NCBI RefSeq assembly: GCF_000143415.4 | Contig: NW_003314412.1 | Location: 83,553-147,552 of the forward strand | Direction of reading: 5' to 3' | DNA: 64,000 nt | Origin: Selaginella moellendorffii | Lineage: Eukaryota > Plantae > Lycopodiophyta | Part shown: in pieces, positions 59,566 to 64,000 of the stretch | How positions within the stretch are numbered: position 1 is the first letter of the stretch | Layout: each line of letters begins with the position of its first letter | Notes under the pieces: generated by a model | Databases searched by the model: none | What the model saw: only the letters and a program-made list of their open reading frames with translations | What the model was told of the DNA's origin: nothing | Translations under genes and position numbers: made by a program

Positions 59566-59960
59566 CTAGTGCAAGATGTTGATGAAGATATAATACATAT
59601 GCTTGTAAAGAGCATATAATTTCCTATGTTTCTTGTGCTTCATAAAGTTTGGACATATACAAGAAGAAAAGTCTTGAATGACAATTGTGTACTCTCCACC
59701 TTCTATTTTGACTATATACTCCTTTGCAAGCGCAGTGATGTACTTCATGGAGAGAATCTCATACTCAAGTGTTTGAGCCAAGTTTATTTTACCCTACTTT
59801 TGCGTGGAGATAGTACCAATAAATTTAACTACCTTACTTTTTCTTATTAGCCTCCTATACGTCTCTATAGGAATAGTCCTGGTTCTGTCACTCATGTCTC
59901 CAACTATCCTCTTAAGATTAAAATCAGATTTCTCAAAGTTTTCAATCTTATCCGAGGTGA
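59566..59960 (-). pseudogene. SWIM zinc-finger gene or transposon relic, truncated by the adjacent LTR
   Basis: EYTIVIQDFSSCICPNF...LYKHMYYIF fits Y.V.I...CxC...(C)KH with the third Cys mutated; frameshifted upstream. Confidence 0.55.
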
Positions 59961-59967
59961 GTGCGAT

Positions 59968-62900
59968 TATAGCGCACATAGTTTTTACCCTTTATCCTAT
60001 AGTGATTTACCATAGGATAATACCACAAAGAGAAACTTAAACCCTCCATATACCATGTGTCATATGCCATGTGTTGCATGCCACGTGTCCATAGGACAGT
60101 GGTGTGGAACCCAAGGTTTAGGGCCTTGGGCCACTAAATGAAGGAATGGTGCCAAACTCCCAAGCATGGAGCCAAGGAATGACAGAAGTGAACCATGAAA
60201 CAACTTTTGAGCATACAGCCCAAGGAGCAAAGGGACAGGAGCCCAGAGTAATTTGGAATAGTCCTAGAGCAACCAGCATCCCAATGCCAGGACCAGCATG
60301 CAAAATGAAGCCAAACGGAGTCTGGCGCTATTTTAGCATACTAGTGGCCTAACGCAAGGACATGGGTACTCCACTAGCTAGCATGGTGTGGAACTTGGGC
60401 TTAGACCCAAGTTGGACATAGAACAAAGACAACCACGCAAACGGGAACTAAATTATGCCTCAGGTTAGTCAGCCATGCCTAACCTACCCACTATCCCTAC
60501 TATACATTTGGAACCCCCCACAGCCCCCCCCAAGCCTCCTTTAGTACCAAGAGTTAGTCTCCGGGACAAATTCAAAACTTACTAAATATGAAATATCCCT
60601 AGATTGCAAATTTGGATACGAAACGAACACCATTGTGTTCCGAACAATCTCTACATTTTGTAGACATGCCAAATGAGCAAATCTAAACACTTTCCATAAA
60701 TAGCATTTGGGACAAAAATGAGATTAACACAAAGGACATAATAGCAAGGGTGTTTGGCAAACACAGTAAGCTATCATCTTGCAAATATTGAGGGACCAAT
60801 CTCAATGTCGAGGGGGTTCCTAACACTAGCAAATGCAAGTCAATGAATGAGTTTCTCTAACCAGATCAAGTATGCTTAACTAATAGCACTTAGGAATTCC
60901 GTCTTTATGCTCATTTGGTTAAGTACATACGTGAGGACCAATTTTTCAATTAGCTTAGGCAAAGACTAATAAAGGATCCAACAATACCAACCTCTTGCCA
61001 TCGTGGCAGTAAGGAAAGAGTATCTGAAAGGACTAGCCGATAGGTAACTTTTGATACCCGAAGTCACATTCATGACACTCTCCCCCCCTTAGAGAAGATC
61101 GATGTCCTCGTCAATACATACTCGAGTCTAGACTACCACTAAGGAAACAACTCCAGAAAAAGTTCATGATGATCACACTATGTGAGAAATGCACCAACTT
61201 AAATGAGTTAGGAGGCAACCTCTTTATTTAAGGTTGCGCTACCATCTCAAACACTTTCTGGCTGTTGCCAACAAGGAAATAACCAATGGAGTTAGCCACC
61301 CTTGCTGCTCTGGGTGTCACCCAACTTACAAAAGTGTGATACGCCCCTACCCGTAGATGGCATAGAGAGAGAAGCCAGAGGCCCCAACCCTCCTGAGCAA
61401 AGAACCCAAACTTGTCGGTAAGGTTTAGATAGACTATTGTAAACAGGCAGTTAAAGTTGTTTACACAGTCATGCCCTTCAACGGAATAAGGAACATCGAC
61501 AAAGAGGCGGGTGATGTGACCAGTCGACAGTAGCTACCCCATGACTAGAGATTTTACCATGCACATGAAGTGCCGAAGCCAGTCTATCTATACTGGCCCA
61601 AACTCAAAAATTAATAGATGGACAATATCAAAGTCAGAGACAATGATATCTTAGAAACTTAATTATCAATGAATATATCTTGATTAGAACACCAAAAGTA
61701 TTTCAAATAAGTTATCATCCGATAAACCAGTATTATAGTGTAGGAACCACCAAGATCACAACAGGGGGAAATATAGGATTTACTATCCAACAAAATTCAA
61801 TAGCTAATGTATCATCAAGGACACTCAATGACAAAACACAACTATCAAAGATTGCAGATAGCATGCAAAATAACTCACAAAATACAACTAAAAGAACATA
61901 AAGTATCTCGACTAGCAAGCACAATGCTCGTGAATATATCACCCGAAGGAAATAACATCCTAATCTATCAAAACTAGCTTAAGCAATAATTAACAGAACA
62001 GAATGAATATGATAAGACCAACAAACACTCATTCATGCTAACAATTGCATTAACCAATCTAAATAGATTCTAGTCAACAATACCAAAGAATCAGAGTTGC
62101 TCAAACAAGTGTCAACAATATGCTATTGATATCTCAAACCCAAGAGACCAATCTAGAGTAAACCACAAAGAATATGTGGTATTGCGAAAAGCCATAAGCT
62201 ATCAAATAACATAACTAACCATCATGAAAGATCATCAATCATCCCATCAAAAAAGATATGCATAATCATTATCAAAGAAGGAATTTACCATCTCATAGAA
62301 TGACAAATCATTCTATATCAATAATAATCAAGCAAACATCTTTAATAAGGATAATCAATTATTCTAAATATAATCAATCATCATTAATGATTGCCAGATG
62401 CAAATACTAACTTCAACATCGAAACTAATGAGCCAAAATGCTTTCCCCAACAACTTTTAACAAATGAAACAATAAACATGAAAACTCAAGAAACCAAAAG
62501 TTTGAAGAAGTCTATAACCAAGTCTTGCATAATAACGATCACAAGTTTTGTATGAACTAACTTCAATGCTAAAGAAGAAATCATTATATAATTCACAACA
62601 TCTTCCTTAACACTTCCATAAGCCAATTTTCATAATACCAAAGCTAATGAAGAGTATATCTGCATCAATCCAAAAGCCAAGCATAATGGAGCTATGCTCA
62701 ATTAGTGATCACTAAAAAAATCTTCCATGAATCCATTTATAGCAAGATGTAAGTCGCATCATAACAAGCACAAGAAGAATCATTAATGATCAACATATTC
62801 AAACTCAAATTCAATAAGGATTTAAATAATCCAATATCAATTACTAACTCATCCTCTTGTGGAATTAGTGTTGTTCATGACTAAATCACTTTTTAAGGAA

Positions 62901-64000
62901 AAGCTCAAAGCTCAATCCCTACTAAATAATCTCATCTAAAACACAATTAACTCAAACTTACCACTTAGTTCATTTGAATGTCAATATAGTTGTTAACTAG
63001 TAAATGCATGAATGCCAACAACACAAAGGTAAAGCCAAATCATCTATACGATCTTCATTAAGACTAATGAAACTCAATACCAATCATAAGGAAAGACATC
63101 TCATCTCACTTGCATCTCAATATCAACAATGTCAATGATATAGCATCACTTCAATGCCATTAACACCATAACAAAGTTAAAAGAAAGCAAGAGTGAATCA
63201 CCACCCAAAGCTCTTTAGCAACCAAGCTAACCAATATCGAAGATATTATACTAAGTATCCGAGACTAATCCTTCAATAATACTCAATTTTAGATAACACA
63301 TCATCAAGGAGTGATTCACCACATCCAAGACTCCATGAAATCCAATACTACAGACTAAACGTAAACAAATAATATTGATAAAGGTAAAGTCAACATACCA
63401 ACATGGAAAACCCATGAAAGTCTAATAACATGATTTTTTGCAACACCATCCAGTAAAGCAAGTCTATCACTGCTAAATCTTCATTGAGCAAAACAAGTGT
63501 CAATAGACCTCGACAAAATCTACAAGCAATCACTAGTTGCAAAGCAACCAACAATCACTTTTCAACTTGCCTTTCACAAAACCCAAACACTAAACTTATG
63601 TCATCAAATTATATACTTGTCCAACATGAACATAATACCCCAAGTACGAGATAAAGGTTTATGGACAAGCATAAACTAAAGGACAACTCGAATCCAACTC
63701 AGTCAAAACTAAAGTGATAACCATGAGATGGACTCATATCAGTACACAACCTCCTCATAAATAAAGCTATAGTACAGGTACTAACATCTCAACCTCAAAC
63801 AACTAAATTGGAAATCACCATCCTTAGCCAAGGCACAGGGCCACCTAAAACAAGTCAAGATTAGTGAGAGTTCACTACTCTCATAGAATCTAATGAAATG
63901 CAAAGTGCATTTTGCCATCGAGCATAACACTATAAAAAAAAGGCCTAAGGGTCACCTTTCTTAGAAAAGCGCAACGGCCACTTTTTTACATCAACTTTAA
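59968..64000 (-). mobile_element. Third copy of the same LTR family: 3' LTR 59968-61077, PPT, internal region running off the window
   Basis: Reverse complement of LTR 57818-58973; PPT complement CTCTCCCCCCCTT at 61078-61090; no intact ORFs. Confidence 0.85.

Overview
Eukaryotic land-plant nuclear DNA, most likely a Selaginella (lycophyte) genome. This is inferred from the very short GT-AG introns (about 45-100 nt), very short intergenic distances, and the abundant PLS-class PPR genes with SS arrays, extended L motifs and a PGxSWW-type DYW domain. 1-13.2 kb is a rearranged class I small-HSP array (3 intact copies with HSE promoters). It is interleaved with a GT47/exostosin gene, F-box-like, peroxidase and PPR pseudogene remnants, a complete but decayed 4.9-kb Ty3/Gypsy element with 175-bp LTRs, and tRNA-Val(CAC). 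13.8-46.2 kb is gene-dense: E2F (one canonical and one probable U12-type intron), a CERK1/LYK-type LysM receptor kinase, a PPR, RsmB, a TolB/PD40 protein, APE1L, a 5xCCCH zinc finger, TTL/CCDC84, three tandem PPRs, CRR7 and MsrA. 47.5-64 kb is an AT-rich nest of non-coding LTR elements of one family, plus Gypsy and SWIM relics. The best leads are: same-strand genes only 39-108 bp apart (possible polycistronic or overlapping transcription); the extended-L/DYW:WW PPR cluster; the U12 introns in E2F; a hidden fourth sHSP relic; and two clean micro-inversions inside one LTR element. All calls come from reading the sequence; no searches were run.
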